DNA from: Acidobacteriota bacterium
GTDB taxonomy: Bacteria; Acidobacteriota; UBA890; WLXD01
Assembly: GCA_963666215.2 (NCBI GenBank)
Contig: CAXWPL010000005.1
Span: 192,001-256,000 of the forward strand
Length of the DNA: 64,000 nt
Direction of reading: 5' to 3'
A program made the position numbers and the translations under genes. This document shows, piece after piece, positions 10,178 through 22,245 of this stretch. How positions within the stretch are numbered: the first letter of the stretch is position 1; every line of letters begins with the position of its first letter. The notes under the pieces were generated by a model, which worked only from the letters and a program-made list of their open reading frames with translations, did not search any database and was not told where the DNA came from.

Positions 10178-10411
10178 CGGTTTCACTCGTTCGGTTGGAA
10201 TGATTTCAAGTGAGGGAACTGACCACACCCTTCAACGGGCTCGGCTTTGCACCCGGCCAGCTCCGAGGTTTTCCGGACTGGGTAACACCAAAACGATCGA
10301 TCAGCGGAACGGCTCACGATCGCTCGCCCAGATGCACAGTCGTCACCGGCCGCCGCCTTACCTGCGTGCTGCGGGCGAGGCGTTGGACGCTGTCGGCGTC
10401 GGCTCTAGACC

Positions 10412-11404
10412 TTAGTCAGCGGCCGATTCGTCCTTCGAACTCGTGGTCGCGTCGGCCTTGGCCGCCGGCTTCTTGGCCGACTTGGCCGACTTGGCCGCGG
10501 GCTTCTTCTTCGCAGCCTTGGCCGCCGGCTTCTGCGCAGCTTTGACGTTGGGTTTTTCGAGAGGCTTTGCCTTCTCCTCGGCCTTGGCTTTGGCGGCCGC
10601 CGCGGCCTGAGCGGCGATTGCATCCTTCTTCGCCGCTGCCGCGCGCACCGCTTCTTCCTCGGCCCGTCGAGCCTCTCGCTCGAGAAGCTTGGCTGCCTCC
10701 GCCGCGTCAACGTTCTCTTGGTAGGTGGCTCCGCCAGACAACGCCGCGTCGGCTGCCAGGCTGCAAAACAGCCGAATCGAGCGGATCGCGTCGTCGTTTC
10801 CGGGAACGACGTAGTCGATGCGGTCCGGATCGCAGTTCGTGTCGACCACTGCGACTACCGGAATGCGAAGGCGCAGAGCCTCGTCGACTGCGATGCGCTC
10901 GCGCCGGATGTCGATCACGAAGACGACGTCGGGCAGGCCGTTCATATCTACAATGCCGATCAGGTTGCGCTTGAGCTTGAAGAGCTCGCGGTTGAGCTTC
11001 AGCACTTCCTTCTTCGGCAGCAGCTCGAAGCGGCCGTCTTCGGCCATCGCCTCCAGGTCGCGATAGCGCTGGATGCTACGACTGATCGTGGCGTAGTTCG
11101 TCAACAATCCACCGAGCCATCGATGGTTGACGTAGTACTGACCGGCGCGCTGAGCCTCCTCGGCAACGATGTCGCGCGCCTGGCGTTTGGTACCGACAAA
11201 CAGAATCTTGCCGCCCTGCGCCGCTTGCTCCTCGACATACTGCAGAGCCTCGGACCAAGCGTGCCGAGTTTTCTGCAGGTCGATGATGTAGATGCCGTTC
11301 TTCTTGGCAACGATGTACGGCTTCATCTTCGGGTTCCAACGGCCCGTCTGATGGCCGAAATGGACCCCTGCTTCGAGCAGCTCCCTGAGGCTAACGCTGA
11401 CCAC
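10412..11404 (-). CDS. rpsB: 30S ribosomal protein S2 with Ala/Lys-rich C-terminal extension
   Basis: [39 protein letters not shown]. Confidence 0.98.
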   Translation of the reverse strand: MVSVSLRELLEAGVHFGHQTGRWNPKMKPYIVAKKNGIYIIDLQKTRHAWSEALQYVEEQAAQGGKILFVGTKRQARDIVAEEAQRAGQYYVNHRWLGGLLTNYATISRSIQRYRDLEAMAEDGRFELLPKKEVLKLNRELFKLKRNLIGIVDMNGLPDVVFVIDIRRERIAVDEALRLRIPVVAVVDTNCDPDRIDYVVPGNDDAIRSIRLFCSLAADAALSGGATYQENVDAAEAAKLLEREARRAEEEAVRAAAAKKDAIAAQAAAAAKAKAEEKAKPLEKPNVKAAQKPAAKAAKKKPAAKSAKSAKKPAAKADATTSSKDESAAD

Positions 11405-11415
11405 CCAGTCGACTC

Positions 11416-11808
11416 CTACCGCTTGCTGAACTGGAAGCGGGCGCGGGCGCCACGCTGACCGTACTTCTTACGTTCTTTCTTACGCGCGTCGCGACGCAAC
11501 AGACCACGCTCCTTGAGCGCGGCCCGCAGCTCGCCGTCGGAGTTTTCCAACGCACGCGCAATGCCGTGACGCACCGCGGCTGCCTGCCCGGTGAGTCCGC
11601 CACCCTTGACGGTAATCATCAGATCGTACTTGTCGACGCCGTCAACCGTCTCCAAAGGCTCGCGCACGAGCGCCTGGCGCGCTGGAGTCGGAAAATACTC
11701 CTCGGGGCTGCGGCGATTGATCGTCACCTTGCCGCTTCCGGGCTTCAAGAACACGCGAGCAATCGCGGTCTTGCGCTTACCCGTGCCGTAGAAATGCGAG
11801 TCTGCCAT
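11416..11808 (-). CDS. rpsI: 30S ribosomal protein S9
   Basis: [38 protein letters not shown]...QFSKR. Confidence 0.99.
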   Translation of the reverse strand: MADSHFYGTGKRKTAIARVFLKPGSGKVTINRRSPEEYFPTPARQALVREPLETVDGVDKYDLMITVKGGGLTGQAAAVRHGIARALENSDGELRAALKERGLLRRDARKKERKKYGQRGARARFQFSKR

Positions 11809-11831
11809 TGACGCTCTTCTCTCTCGAGATC

Positions 11832-12260
11832 CTACAGTGCGAACAGTTCGGGTTGCTGAGCGGCGTGGGGATGCTCGCCACCGGCGTACACGCGCAGCTT
11901 GTTGCGCATCTGCCGCCCGAGACGTGTGTGGGGAAGCATCCCTCGTACCGCGAACTCAACCAGCCGCTTGGGATACTTGGCAAGAAGCTCCTCGGCGCTC
12001 GTCTCGCGAATGCCGCCGGGGTAGCCGGTGTGACGGTAGTACTTCTTGTCGGCGAGCTTGTTGCCGGTGAGCACGATCTTCTCGGCGTTGATCACCACGA
12101 CGTGATCACCACAGTCGAGAAACGGCGTGAAGATCGGCTTGTGCTTGCCCATCAGCAGCGTCGCGATCCTGGTCGCGAGGCGGCCGAGAACCTGGCCTTC
12201 CGCGTCGATCACGTACCAGTGATGCTCAATCTTCGAGGCCGAAGGAAATGGCGTACTCAT
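11832..12260 (-). CDS. rplM: 50S ribosomal protein L13
   Basis: [50 protein letters not shown]. Confidence 0.99.
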   Translation of the reverse strand: MSTPFPSASKIEHHWYVIDAEGQVLGRLATRIATLLMGKHKPIFTPFLDCGDHVVVINAEKIVLTGNKLADKKYYRHTGYPGGIRETSAEELLAKYPKRLVEFAVRGMLPHTRLGRQMRNKLRVYAGGEHPHAAQQPELFAL

Positions 12261-12311
12261 CGTCAACTAGTTCCTTTTCGACAGGCCCGGACGGCGAACG
12301 GCGAATCGCCC

Positions 12312-12341
12312 AACGTACGCAGCCATTCGTTCGTCTGTCAA
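12312..12341 (-). promoter_or_regulatory. Sigma70-type promoter for rplM-rpsI-rpsB
   Basis: Minus strand TTGACA-N18-TACGTT about 50 nt upstream of rplM. Confidence 0.6.
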
Positions 12342-12348
12342 CGACCTC

Positions 12349-14445
12349 TTACCCACCATGTTCGGCGCGCTCCTCGTCGGTGATCGCCTTCAGCGACAGC
12401 CGGATGCGGTTCGGCGCCTCGATCTTGACCACCTTGACGACCAGTGCCTGGCCCTCGGTGACATATTCCCGCATGTCCTCCACGCGATGATTGGCGACCT
12501 CCGAGATATGCAGGAGGCCGTCAGTACCCGGAAGGATCTCGACGAACGCGCCGAAGTCCTTGATCGAGCGCACCTTGCCCTTGTAGATCTTGCCGACCTC
12601 GGCTTCCTGCGTGAGGTCGTTGATCATCTTCCTGGCCGCGTCGCACGCTTCAACGTCAGGCGATGCGATCATCACGGTGCCGTCATCCTCGACATTGATG
12701 CGGCAGCCCGTGTCTTCCTGCATCTGCCGAATGATCCGTCCGCCAGGCCCGATGATGTCGCGGATGCGATCCACCGGAATCTTGACCGAGATAATGCGCG
12801 GCGCCCAGCGGCTGGTTTCGGAGCGCGGCGCGGGCAGCGCGTCACGCATCTTGCCGAGAATGTGCATGCGATTCGCACGCGCCTGCTCGAGGGCTGCCGT
12901 GAAGATCTCGCGAGATAACCCCGTGACCTTGATGTCCATCTGCAGCGCCGTGATGCCCTTCGGCGTGCCGGCAACCTTGAAATCCATGTCACCGTAATGG
13001 TCTTCCTCGCCGGCGATGTCCGAGAGGATCGCCACCGAGTCGCCCTCTTTCATCAGGCCCATCGCGATTCCCGCCACGGGGGCTCGAATCGGCACTCCGG
13101 CGTCCATCATCGAAAGAGTGGCGCCACAGATCGACGCCATCGATGAGGAGCCGTTCGACTCGAAGATATCGGAAACGACCCGGATCACGTAGGGCCAATC
13201 ATCCTCGTCCGGCAGAACCGGTTCCACGGCGCGTTCGGCCAGGTTCCCGTGGCCAATCTCGCGACGGCCGGGGCCACGCAGAAAGCGCGCCTCGCCCACA
13301 GAGAAGGGCGGGAAGTTGTAATGCAGCATGAACTTCTTCCAGTACTCGCCCTCGTACTGCTCGATCTTTCTGGCGTCGTCACTGGTGCCAAGCGTGCAGG
13401 TCACGAAAGCCTGCGTTTCGCCGCGGGTGAACAGCGCCGAACCATGGGTGCGGGCGGCGTAGCCGACCTCGCAATCGATATTGCGCACCTCGTCGAACGC
13501 TCGGCCATCGGCGCGAACGCCCTTCTCGAGCGCCGAGGTTCGCGTGTGGCGCTTGATCAGCTCGCCTACCGCCGCCTTGGCGTCGTCGGCAATCACCTCG
13601 TCCTCCGCAGCGAACTGGTCGCGGATTTCTTGCTTGAGGGCCGACATACGATCGCGACGTTCGATCTTGTCGCTGATTCCCAGAGCCTCGAGGATTGCCG
13701 GGCCGGCTTCCGCATCGACCCTCTCGACCAGTCCGCTGTCGAGCTCGTCGACCTCGAACGTGGCCTTCTCGATGCCGAGCTGCCCTTGCACCCTGTCTTG
13801 CAGATCGATGTAGCTGTTGATGCGGGACTGTGCGAACTCGAGGGCGTCGACGATCTGCTCCTCGCTAACCTCGCGCGCTCCCGCCTCGATCATCATCACG
13901 GCATCGCGTCGAGCAGCAACGATCAGGTCGAGAATGCTGCTCTCCATCTGTTCGGTGGTCGGGTTGAGAACCATCTCGCCGTCGACGATCCCGACCCGAG
14001 CTGCGCCAAAGGGCGTCGTGAACGGGATCCTCGAACAGAACAGCGCCATCGAGGCACCCATCTTGGCAAGGATCGCAGGGTCGTTCTCGCCGTCGGCCGA
14101 CAGCACCATCGCGATGACCTGCGTCTCGTAGCGGTACCCCTTGGGGAACAGCGGTCGGATGGTGCGATCGATCATCCGAGAGGTGAGGATCTCCTTCTCG
14201 GTAGGACGCCCCTCGCGCTTGAAGAAGCCGCCGGGAATCTTGCCGCCCGCATAGGCGTTCTCTCGGTAGTCGACGGTCAACGGCAAGAAGGAGGCAGCCT
14301 TCGGTTTGCGATCCATGACTGCCGTTACCAGAACCTTCGTGTCGCCGCTCGAAACGACGACAGCGCCATCGGCCTGGCGCGCGATCTTGCCAATCTCGAA
14401 TTCGATCGTTTGACCGTCGAGCTCAATCTGTTCCCGCGTGATCAT
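12349..14445 (-). CDS. pnp: Polyribonucleotide nucleotidyltransferase (PNPase)
   Basis: [49 protein letters not shown] and S1 domains. Confidence 0.99.
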   Translation of the reverse strand: MITREQIELDGQTIEFEIGKIARQADGAVVVSSGDTKVLVTAVMDRKPKAASFLPLTVDYRENAYAGGKIPGGFFKREGRPTEKEILTSRMIDRTIRPLFPKGYRYETQVIAMVLSADGENDPAILAKMGASMALFCSRIPFTTPFGAARVGIVDGEMVLNPTTEQMESSILDLIVAARRDAVMMIEAGAREVSEEQIVDALEFAQSRINSYIDLQDRVQGQLGIEKATFEVDELDSGLVERVDAEAGPAILEALGISDKIERRDRMSALKQEIRDQFAAEDEVIADDAKAAVGELIKRHTRTSALEKGVRADGRAFDEVRNIDCEVGYAARTHGSALFTRGETQAFVTCTLGTSDDARKIEQYEGEYWKKFMLHYNFPPFSVGEARFLRGPGRREIGHGNLAERAVEPVLPDEDDWPYVIRVVSDIFESNGSSSMASICGATLSMMDAGVPIRAPVAGIAMGLMKEGDSVAILSDIAGEEDHYGDMDFKVAGTPKGITALQMDIKVTGLSREIFTAALEQARANRMHILGKMRDALPAPRSETSRWAPRIISVKIPVDRIRDIIGPGGRIIRQMQEDTGCRINVEDDGTVMIASPDVEACDAARKMINDLTQEAEVGKIYKGKVRSIKDFGAFVEILPGTDGLLHISEVANHRVEDMREYVTEGQALVVKVVKIEAPNRIRLSLKAITDEERAEHGG

Positions 14446-14608
14446 TCTGTAGGTTTCTCCTGCTAGAACCGCAGGGGGATCCGCGGATCTCGCACTTCGA
14501 GTACCAGGCTCTGGGCTGGGCCGGCGCGTTTCAGAAGGGAACGATGAATGCGTTCGCTGCGAGCCGCGTCAAGCTAAACCGCTGAGAGATCCCCTTCGCC
14601 GCTTCCGC

Positions 14609-14872
14609 TTATCTCCGTAGCCCGAGCTGCTGAAGCAAGCCCTGGTAACGTTGAACATCTTGGCGCCGGATGTAATCCAAGAGCCGGCGACGCCTGCCAA
14701 CGAGCATCAGCAGACCACGCTCCGTGGCGTGGTCCTTCTTGTTGGCTTGCATATGGGTGGTGAGGTGCTTGATGCGAGCTGTAAGGCGCGCGATCTGCAC
14801 CTCGGGCGACCCGGTATCGGTCTCGTGTCGCCGGTAATCAACGAGCGCGTCCTGTGCCTGCGTCGCTTCCAC
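14609..14872 (-). CDS. rpsO: 30S ribosomal protein S15
   Basis: [35 protein letters not shown]. Confidence 0.98.
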   Translation of the reverse strand: MEATQAQDALVDYRRHETDTGSPEVQIARLTARIKHLTTHMQANKKDHATERGLLMLVGRRRRLLDYIRRQDVQRYQGLLQQLGLRR

Positions 14873-14984
14873 GTGCGTTGCTTCTACTTTCCGCGAGAAC
14901 TATTAGGAGTCGACGAAACTCGACCGCGATCGCTCTGCTTTGAAACGTACCGCCGGGCACACTTTGCCCAGGGAGTGAGCGGGA

Positions 14985-15013
14985 AAGGTAGCACAGGCAC
15001 TGAATGCTGTAAA
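14985..15013 (-). promoter_or_regulatory. Sigma70-type promoter for rpsO-pnp
   Basis: Minus strand TTTACA-N17-TACCTT with TG of an extended -10, in the truB-rpsO spacer. Confidence 0.55.
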
Positions 15014-15049
15014 ATCGACCTCAGTGCCAGATTTCGCCCTGAGAAACGC

Positions 15050-16066
15050 TCAAATCAGGACCACCCTCGGCTGCAGGAGACCACCCGGGAGGAACTGGGC
15101 CGTGGCAACCATCTCGCCGCTCGGGTTGACCACCGCGAACCAGTTGCCATCCGCGGCGGTTCCACCGGCACCCTTCCTCATCTGGGCGCGCTGCACGAGA
15201 TGTCGCGGCTCGAGCACGCCACCGTTGCGCAACAGCTTGAGCCCCTCCGGACGGACCACGGCCCGTGGCCACGCCGGCAGCATCTCCGCCGGCCGGACGA
15301 GCCGCTCGCGCAGAAGCTCAGGCTCGGTTTCCAGCAAGTCTTTCCACGCAATCGCGTGATCGAGCCCGAAACCCCCGGCACGCTCGCGCCTCAACGACTC
15401 CAGGTGCGACGGACAGCCGAGCGCCAACCCGATCTCGTGCGCCAGAGTGCGCACGTAGGTTCCTGCCCCGCAGCGCACTCGCAACTGCAGCCGTTCGGAG
15501 TCCAGATTCAGCAGATCGATTGCATGGACGACAACCCTCACAGGGTCGTGAACCACGGTCTCGCCGCGGCGCGCGCGCCGGTAGGCCGGTTGGCCGCGGA
15601 TCTTCTTGGCCGAGTACACCGGCGGCACCTGGTCAAGCTCGCCAACGAACTGGGACAGTACGCGTGCAACCTCGCCACGATCGAAGGGCGGCACAGGCAC
15701 GCGATCGCCTACGGGCTCTCCATCTCCATCGTAGGTATCGGTGGCCCATCCGAAGCGCACGCTGCAGAGGTACTGCTTGTCTTCCTCTTGGAGAAATCGC
15801 GCCAGACGCGTTGACCTCCCCAAGCAAATCAGCAACACGCCCGTCGCCTGTGGGTCGAGCGTCCCGGTGTGTCCGGTCCGCACCTTCAAGCGCCGGCGCA
15901 CGGCAACCACGACGTCGTGGGAGGTACACCCAGCGGGCTTGTCAACGACGAGCATTCCGCTCCATGCGAGCCCCGGTGGCAACACCACCGCGGCCGGCGG
16001 AAGGGCCGCGGAGGCGCCGGAAGCGGCCGCCTCGGAAACTGCCGTGGACATGTCGCGGGAGCTCAT
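15050..16066 (-). CDS. truB: tRNA pseudouridine(55) synthase
   Basis: VDKPAGCTSHDVV, GHTGTLDPQATGVL, TDTYDGDG, QVPPVYSAKK, GTYVRTL; ATGA overlap with upstream stop. Confidence 0.96.
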   Translation of the reverse strand: MSSRDMSTAVSEAAASGASAALPPAAVVLPPGLAWSGMLVVDKPAGCTSHDVVVAVRRRLKVRTGHTGTLDPQATGVLLICLGRSTRLARFLQEEDKQYLCSVRFGWATDTYDGDGEPVGDRVPVPPFDRGEVARVLSQFVGELDQVPPVYSAKKIRGQPAYRRARRGETVVHDPVRVVVHAIDLLNLDSERLQLRVRCGAGTYVRTLAHEIGLALGCPSHLESLRRERAGGFGLDHAIAWKDLLETEPELLRERLVRPAEMLPAWPRAVVRPEGLKLLRNGGVLEPRHLVQRAQMRKGAGGTAADGNWFAVVNPSGEMVATAQFLPGGLLQPRVVLI

Positions 16067-17418
16067 TCGGTTGGTCCGATGGCGCCGAGGCGCAACAGGA
16101 CCGCGTTCACCACTGCTGCGTGAACGTCGGCAAACGCTCCCTGCATCGAACAACCGGCAGCGCGCCGATGTCCGCCCCCGCCAAATTCGGCCGCCAGGTC
16201 AGCGACGTCAACCTGGCCGTCGGAGCGCATGCTGACGCGATGCTCCCCTTCCTCCACTTCCTTGAAGAGAAATGACACCACGACACCCTCGACAGTCTGA
16301 GCGTGATTGATGAACCCCTCCGTGTCCGCTGTGTCACCGTGCTTGGCGAACGTCGCCCGGCCGATCGACATCCAGGCTACGCGACCGTCGTCGCTGAACT
16401 CGAGACTGGCGAGAGCGTCGGCGAGCAATGCCACCTTCTCGCGTTGTGTGCGCCCGTAGAGCTCGGCCACAACGGTCTCGGAGTTGGCACCCGCCTCGAC
16501 CATGTCGGCGCCGAAACGCAAAGCCGTGGCGTCGGAGTTGGCATGGCGGAAAGAGCCCGTGTCGGTGAAGACCGCGATGAACAGCAGCTGCGCGATGTCG
16601 GGCGTCACCTCGCACCCCAGCTCGCGCAGCAAGCGACCGATCATGATTCCGTTTGCCGCGAGGCTAGCGTCGATCCAGTTGAGATCGGCATACACCGCGT
16701 TCTTCGCGTGGTGGTCGACGTTCAACGTCGGCAACCCCTCGTAGCCTCCGAGGCCGCTACGCGCAAAGTCGCTGCACTCGATCAAGATGGCCGCCTTGGA
16801 CTCACCGGGCACTTCTTCCGCCGACTCCACCTGGTCGACACATGGCAGCCACTGGTAAGTTGGCGGCAGAGGCTGTGAGATCACGACGCGGGCCGACTTG
16901 CCAAGCTGCCGCAGCCCGAGGGCCAGCCCGAGCGATGAGCCGAGCGAGTCGCCGTCGGGGTCGATGTGCGATGCAATCGCGAAGTCATCGTGGTCGCGAA
17001 GCCAGTCGGCCACCGCCTCGACGCCGCCGTGAAGTCCGTCTGCCATCGTTGTTTCCTCGTTTTCGGGATCAACCTCGAGTGCCGCCGGCGGATCAAGACG
17101 TAGGAGCTCATCGAGACGCTCCGTACGGTCGAGTGTGTCATCGACCAAAAATCGCAGCTCCGGAACGAGGCGCAGCCGCATGCGGCGGCCTACTTGGCGC
17201 CGCAGATAGCCGCTGGCACGCTCCAGGCCTGCCATCGTTGCCGCGCGGCTCTCGGCGTCGCCCATAACGCTCACGTACACCTTTGCGACTCGCAGATCGC
17301 GGCTCATCTGGACCTCGGTCACGGTCACGAACCCGATGCTCGGTTCTTTGATCTCGTGCATCAAGAGCTCGGCGATCTCGCTTCGCAACTGGTCGCCAAC
17401 ACGTTCGCTGCGGTACAT
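16063..17418 (-). CDS. rbfA: Fusion of ribosome-binding factor A and DHH/DHHA1 phosphoesterase (NrnA-like)
   Basis: aa 1-~110 RbfA (VTVTEVQMSRDLRVAKVYVS, RLRLVPELRFLVD); from aa 125 DHH motifs HIDPDGDSLGS, VDHH, TDTGSF, GGGGHRRAAG; no stop between. Confidence 0.9.
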   Translation of the reverse strand: MYRSERVGDQLRSEIAELLMHEIKEPSIGFVTVTEVQMSRDLRVAKVYVSVMGDAESRAATMAGLERASGYLRRQVGRRMRLRLVPELRFLVDDTLDRTERLDELLRLDPPAALEVDPENEETTMADGLHGGVEAVADWLRDHDDFAIASHIDPDGDSLGSSLGLALGLRQLGKSARVVISQPLPPTYQWLPCVDQVESAEEVPGESKAAILIECSDFARSGLGGYEGLPTLNVDHHAKNAVYADLNWIDASLAANGIMIGRLLRELGCEVTPDIAQLLFIAVFTDTGSFRHANSDATALRFGADMVEAGANSETVVAELYGRTQREKVALLADALASLEFSDDGRVAWMSIGRATFAKHGDTADTEGFINHAQTVEGVVVSFLFKEVEEGEHRVSMRSDGQVDVADLAAEFGGGGHRRAAGCSMQGAFADVHAAVVNAVLLRLGAIGPTE

Positions 17419-17696
17419 CAGAGATGCTCGGTCTCAGCGCGTACCAGCACACCACCCCATTCCCTTTCCGCAACCTGCAACACACCTTGCAGCTGACGGT
17501 CGAGCTGGGCGGCGCTGCCCGACACTGAAACTACGGCGAACACGGAACGCTGCCAGAGATCGTGATACTCCACCTCCGCAACCCCGACGTTCAACTTCCT
17601 CAGGCGATCCCGAAGTCGATTGAGCAACATGCGCTTCTCTTTGAGGCTACGGCAACCGGGGAGGTGCAGCTCGAGTGTACAGAGGCCGATCGTCAT
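17418..17696 (-). CDS. DUF503 (YlxP-like) protein
   Basis: SLKEKR, NVGVAEVEYHDLWQRS; usual position between infB and rbfA. Confidence 0.9.
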   Translation of the reverse strand: MTIGLCTLELHLPGCRSLKEKRMLLNRLRDRLRKLNVGVAEVEYHDLWQRSVFAVVSVSGSAAQLDRQLQGVLQVAEREWGGVLVRAETEHL

Positions 17697-17792
17697 GTCG
17701 GTACGTCGTTGGGGCGAGCGTGCCGGGCGGCTGGCGGCACCCGCACCGCAGAGTCAAGCGCCACCGCACAGAGCACGGAGGGGCAGGACGAC

Positions 17793-19898
17793 CTACAGCG
17801 TCGGGGCGATCTCTTTCACCGAGAACGCCTCGATCACGTCGCCGATCTTGACGTCGTTGAAGTTGGCGAGCCCGATGCCGCACTCATAGCCCTGCTGAAC
17901 CTCGGCGACGTCGTCCTTGAAGCGCCGCAGGGAACCCACCCTACCCTCGTAGATGATTCGCGAGTCGCGCAGCAGACGCGCCTTGGCATCACGGGTGATC
18001 TTGCCCTCGGTGATGTAGCAGCCGGCAATGCTTCCGGAACGCGGTACGCGAAAGGTGTCACGCACCTCGGCCGAGCCCAGAGAGCTCTCTTCGTAGGTCG
18101 GCTCGAGCTTGCCGACCATCGCCAACTTCACCTCATCGATGAGTTGGTAGATGATCGTGTACAGCCGCAGGTCGACCTTCTCACCGCTGGCGATATCGGC
18201 CACGCCGCGCTCCGGGCGGACGTTGAATCCGACGATAATGGCGTCGGAAGCCGTTGCCAGCAGCACATCGGTCTCGCTGACTCCGCCCACCGAAGCGTGC
18301 AAGATCTCGACCTTCACCGCGGCGGTCGAGACCTTGGTGAGGGCGTCGCGCAAGACTTCCACGGAACCTTGGGCGTCGGCCTTGAGGATGACCGGAAGGG
18401 TGACGGGCTGGCCCTCGCTGAGCCTCATGTGCAGATCCTCGAGCGTGAGTCGCGTGCCGCCACTGCGCGCATCGCGGCGCAACTTGCCCCGGCGGATATC
18501 GGCGACGCGACGGGCGAGGCTCGCCTCTTCGACCACCTGGAAGGAGTCACCAGCCTTGGGGACGCCGGAAAAACCCAGCACCTCCACCGCCGTCGCCGGA
18601 GGGGCCGTCTTGACGGGGCTGCCCATTGCCGTGGTGATGGCCCGCACCCGGCAGCTCTCGGCACCAGCGATCAAGTTCGTACCGATCTGCAGCGTTCCCT
18701 CTTGCACGAGAAGCGTTGCAAGGGGTCCGCGTTGCCGATCGAGTTGGGCCTCGAGAACGATGCCCCGAGCCGGGACCTTCGGGTTGGCCTTGAGCTCGAG
18801 CAGCTCCGAGGTCAACACGATGTACTCCAGGAGTCCGTCGAGGTTCGACTTCATCTTTGCAGACACCGGCACACAGACCGTCTCGCCGCCCCATTCCTCT
18901 GGCTGCAGGCCGCGCTCGGTGAGCTGCTGCATGACCCGCTCGATGTTCGCCTCCGGTCGGTCGATCTTGTTGATCGCCACGATGATCGGGACGCCGGCAG
19001 CGCGGGCATGGTCGATCGCCTCGACCGTCTGCGGCATCACGCCATCATCGGCGGCTACGACAAGCACGACAATGTCGGTAACCTGCGCGCCACGTGCGCG
19101 CATCCGCGTGAAGGCCTGGTGACCAGGCGTATCGATGAACACGATGCGGTTGCCACGCCACTCGACCTCGGAGGCACCGATGTGCTGAGTGATCCCGCCC
19201 GCTTCACGGGCGATGACGTTGGTTTCCCGAATCGAGTCGAGCAGGTGGGTCTTGCCGTGGTCAACGTGCCCCATGATCGTGACGACGGGGGCGCGCGGCT
19301 CGATGTCCTCCGCATCGCCCTCCTCGCGCTCGCCGAGTAGCGCGTCATCCTCGGTAAGGATCGTCGCTGCGAAGCCATGGGCGTCGGCGATCTTGGCGGC
19401 AAGCTCGAGATCGAGAGCCTGGTTCATGTTGGCCATAATCCCCTGGCTCATCAGCTCACGAATAATCACCACAGGAGAAACCTTGAGGTCGCCAGCCAAC
19501 TTGCCGACGCTCAGGCCTTCCTCGATGACGATCGTCGGCCGATTGTCCTCAACCTCGAGCTCGGAATCAGGCTCTGGCTCGCCGGCCGATTCGGCCGCTG
19601 CCACCGCGGGCTCGCCATCGGGCTCGACGGCCACCTCCGCAGCTGTTTCCTCGGCGACCGTAACAACGCCGTCGTCCGTCGCCGCGCTCGTCGGCTGCGA
19701 AGGAGCCTCGTCCGCTGCCTCGGGCTCGGCTGAGCCTGGCTGAGAGCCATCGCCACCCATGCTCTCCTTCAGACGTTCGACGTCGACGTCGCTCACCGCG
19801 TTCGCGTGGCTCTTGACCTCGACGTCAAGAGCGTTCAAGGCCGCGATGGCCTCCTTGCTGGTCAGCCCCAGCTCCTTGGCTACTTCGTGGACCCGCAT
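17793..19898 (-). CDS. infB: Translation initiation factor IF-2
   Basis: MRVHEVAKELG, PVVTIMGHVDHGKT, GGITQHIGA, DTPGH, NKID, ECGIG. Confidence 0.99.
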   Translation of the reverse strand: MRVHEVAKELGLTSKEAIAALNALDVEVKSHANAVSDVDVERLKESMGGDGSQPGSAEPEAADEAPSQPTSAATDDGVVTVAEETAAEVAVEPDGEPAVAAAESAGEPEPDSELEVEDNRPTIVIEEGLSVGKLAGDLKVSPVVIIRELMSQGIMANMNQALDLELAAKIADAHGFAATILTEDDALLGEREEGDAEDIEPRAPVVTIMGHVDHGKTHLLDSIRETNVIAREAGGITQHIGASEVEWRGNRIVFIDTPGHQAFTRMRARGAQVTDIVVLVVAADDGVMPQTVEAIDHARAAGVPIIVAINKIDRPEANIERVMQQLTERGLQPEEWGGETVCVPVSAKMKSNLDGLLEYIVLTSELLELKANPKVPARGIVLEAQLDRQRGPLATLLVQEGTLQIGTNLIAGAESCRVRAITTAMGSPVKTAPPATAVEVLGFSGVPKAGDSFQVVEEASLARRVADIRRGKLRRDARSGGTRLTLEDLHMRLSEGQPVTLPVILKADAQGSVEVLRDALTKVSTAAVKVEILHASVGGVSETDVLLATASDAIIVGFNVRPERGVADIASGEKVDLRLYTIIYQLIDEVKLAMVGKLEPTYEESSLGSAEVRDTFRVPRSGSIAGCYITEGKITRDAKARLLRDSRIIYEGRVGSLRRFKDDVAEVQQGYECGIGLANFNDVKIGDVIEAFSVKEIAPTL

Positions 19899-19900
19899 CG

Positions 19901-21406
<1,506 letters not shown>

Positions 21407-21409
21407 GGG

Positions 21410-21901
21410 TTACTCCGATCCCGATGCCGATGCCGCGTCGAGACGCGCCAGGGCAACACGACGGAGAGGAATCAACACGCGCTCGCCAGAGGGCTCTTCC
21501 ACCACGACCTGGTCGCGCCGGAGGCCGCGCAGAACGCCTCGGAAGCGCTCGCGGCCGCTAACCGGCCCGTCGGTATCGATGCTGACCGTGGCCCCGGCGT
21601 ATCGGCGATAGTCGGCAGCCAACAGCAAAGTCCGCTCCACACCCGGTGACGAAACCTCCAGGGTGTAGCGGGCGGCAATGACGTCTTCGACGTCGAGCAG
21701 AGTCGAGAGCTGACGGCTTACAACGGCACAGTCCTCTACATCCACGCCGTCTGCGTCGCGTGCGACACCCTCGTTCTCGGGTCGATCGATGACGATTCGC
21801 AGCCGTCCCGGCGAGTAGACCACATCGACGAGCTCGCAGCCGCGACGCTCGGCCACACGCGTGGCGAGCGGTGCAATCTGCTCGGCGATCGTCTCGTTCA
21901 C
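21410..21901 (-). CDS. rimP: Ribosome maturation factor RimP
   Basis: VDVEDCAVVSRQLS.LLD, YTLEVSSPGVER; GTG with AGGAG SD. Confidence 0.96.
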   Translation of the reverse strand: MNETIAEQIAPLATRVAERRGCELVDVVYSPGRLRIVIDRPENEGVARDADGVDVEDCAVVSRQLSTLLDVEDVIAARYTLEVSSPGVERTLLLAADYRRYAGATVSIDTDGPVSGRERFRGVLRGLRRDQVVVEEPSGERVLIPLRRVALARLDAASASGSE

Positions 21902-22028
21902 GTGTCTCTCCTGACGCCCGTTGTTGCCGAACCTCATGCGGCCCGCGAGAGCGCTGTTGCTGGCGTCGACTGACCGCTAGACCGCCCATACGGGGCGATC
22001 CGCAGCCAGATCGGCGAGTGCTAGAGAC

Positions 22029-22054
22029 AAAAAAAGCGGGCTCAGGGCCCGCTT
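22029..22054 (-). terminator. Intrinsic terminator / rimP-leader attenuator hairpin
   Basis: Minus strand AAGCGGGC-CCTGA-GCCCGCTT then TTTTT, between the promoter and rimP. Confidence 0.75.
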
Positions 22055-22086
22055 CTCTCACTGAGGCACCCAATAATCCGAATGGG

Positions 22087-22115
22087 AGACTAACAAATCT
22101 CCCCCTGCTGTTCAA
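22087..22115 (-). promoter_or_regulatory. Sigma70-type promoter for the rimP-nusA-infB operon
   Basis: Minus strand TTGAAC-N17-TAGTCT with TG extended -10; overlapped by the inverted repeat GGGAGA-N8-TCTCCC (22084-22103). Confidence 0.6.
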
Positions 22116-22137
22116 CGAGCCCTGATCCCGCGGTGGT

Positions 22138-22166
22138 TTGCGCGCTCGGGTGGCTGCGGCTAGTGT
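22138..22166 (+). promoter_or_regulatory. Candidate promoter for thrC, divergent from the rimP promoter
   Basis: TTGCGC-N17-TAGTGT about 80 nt upstream of the thrC ATG. Confidence 0.4.
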
Positions 22167-22245
22167 CGCGCCGATCCGGAAACGGCAGGAAAGTTCCTCC
22201 AAAACAACTCGAAGCGCGCCCGCGCGGCCGCGCTCGGAGAAGGCC

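Noticed and set aside
10178-10411. 234-nt rpsB-tsf spacer as a possible structured ncRNA (CTCGCCC/GGGCGAG arms at 10323 and 10373)
   Set aside because: Only a 7-bp GC stem and no recognisable family; unsupported without covariation
14446-14608. Possible RNase III stem in the rpsO-pnp spacer (GGGGATC/GATCCCC)
   Set aside because: Plausible by analogy to E. coli, but the visible pairing is too short to call
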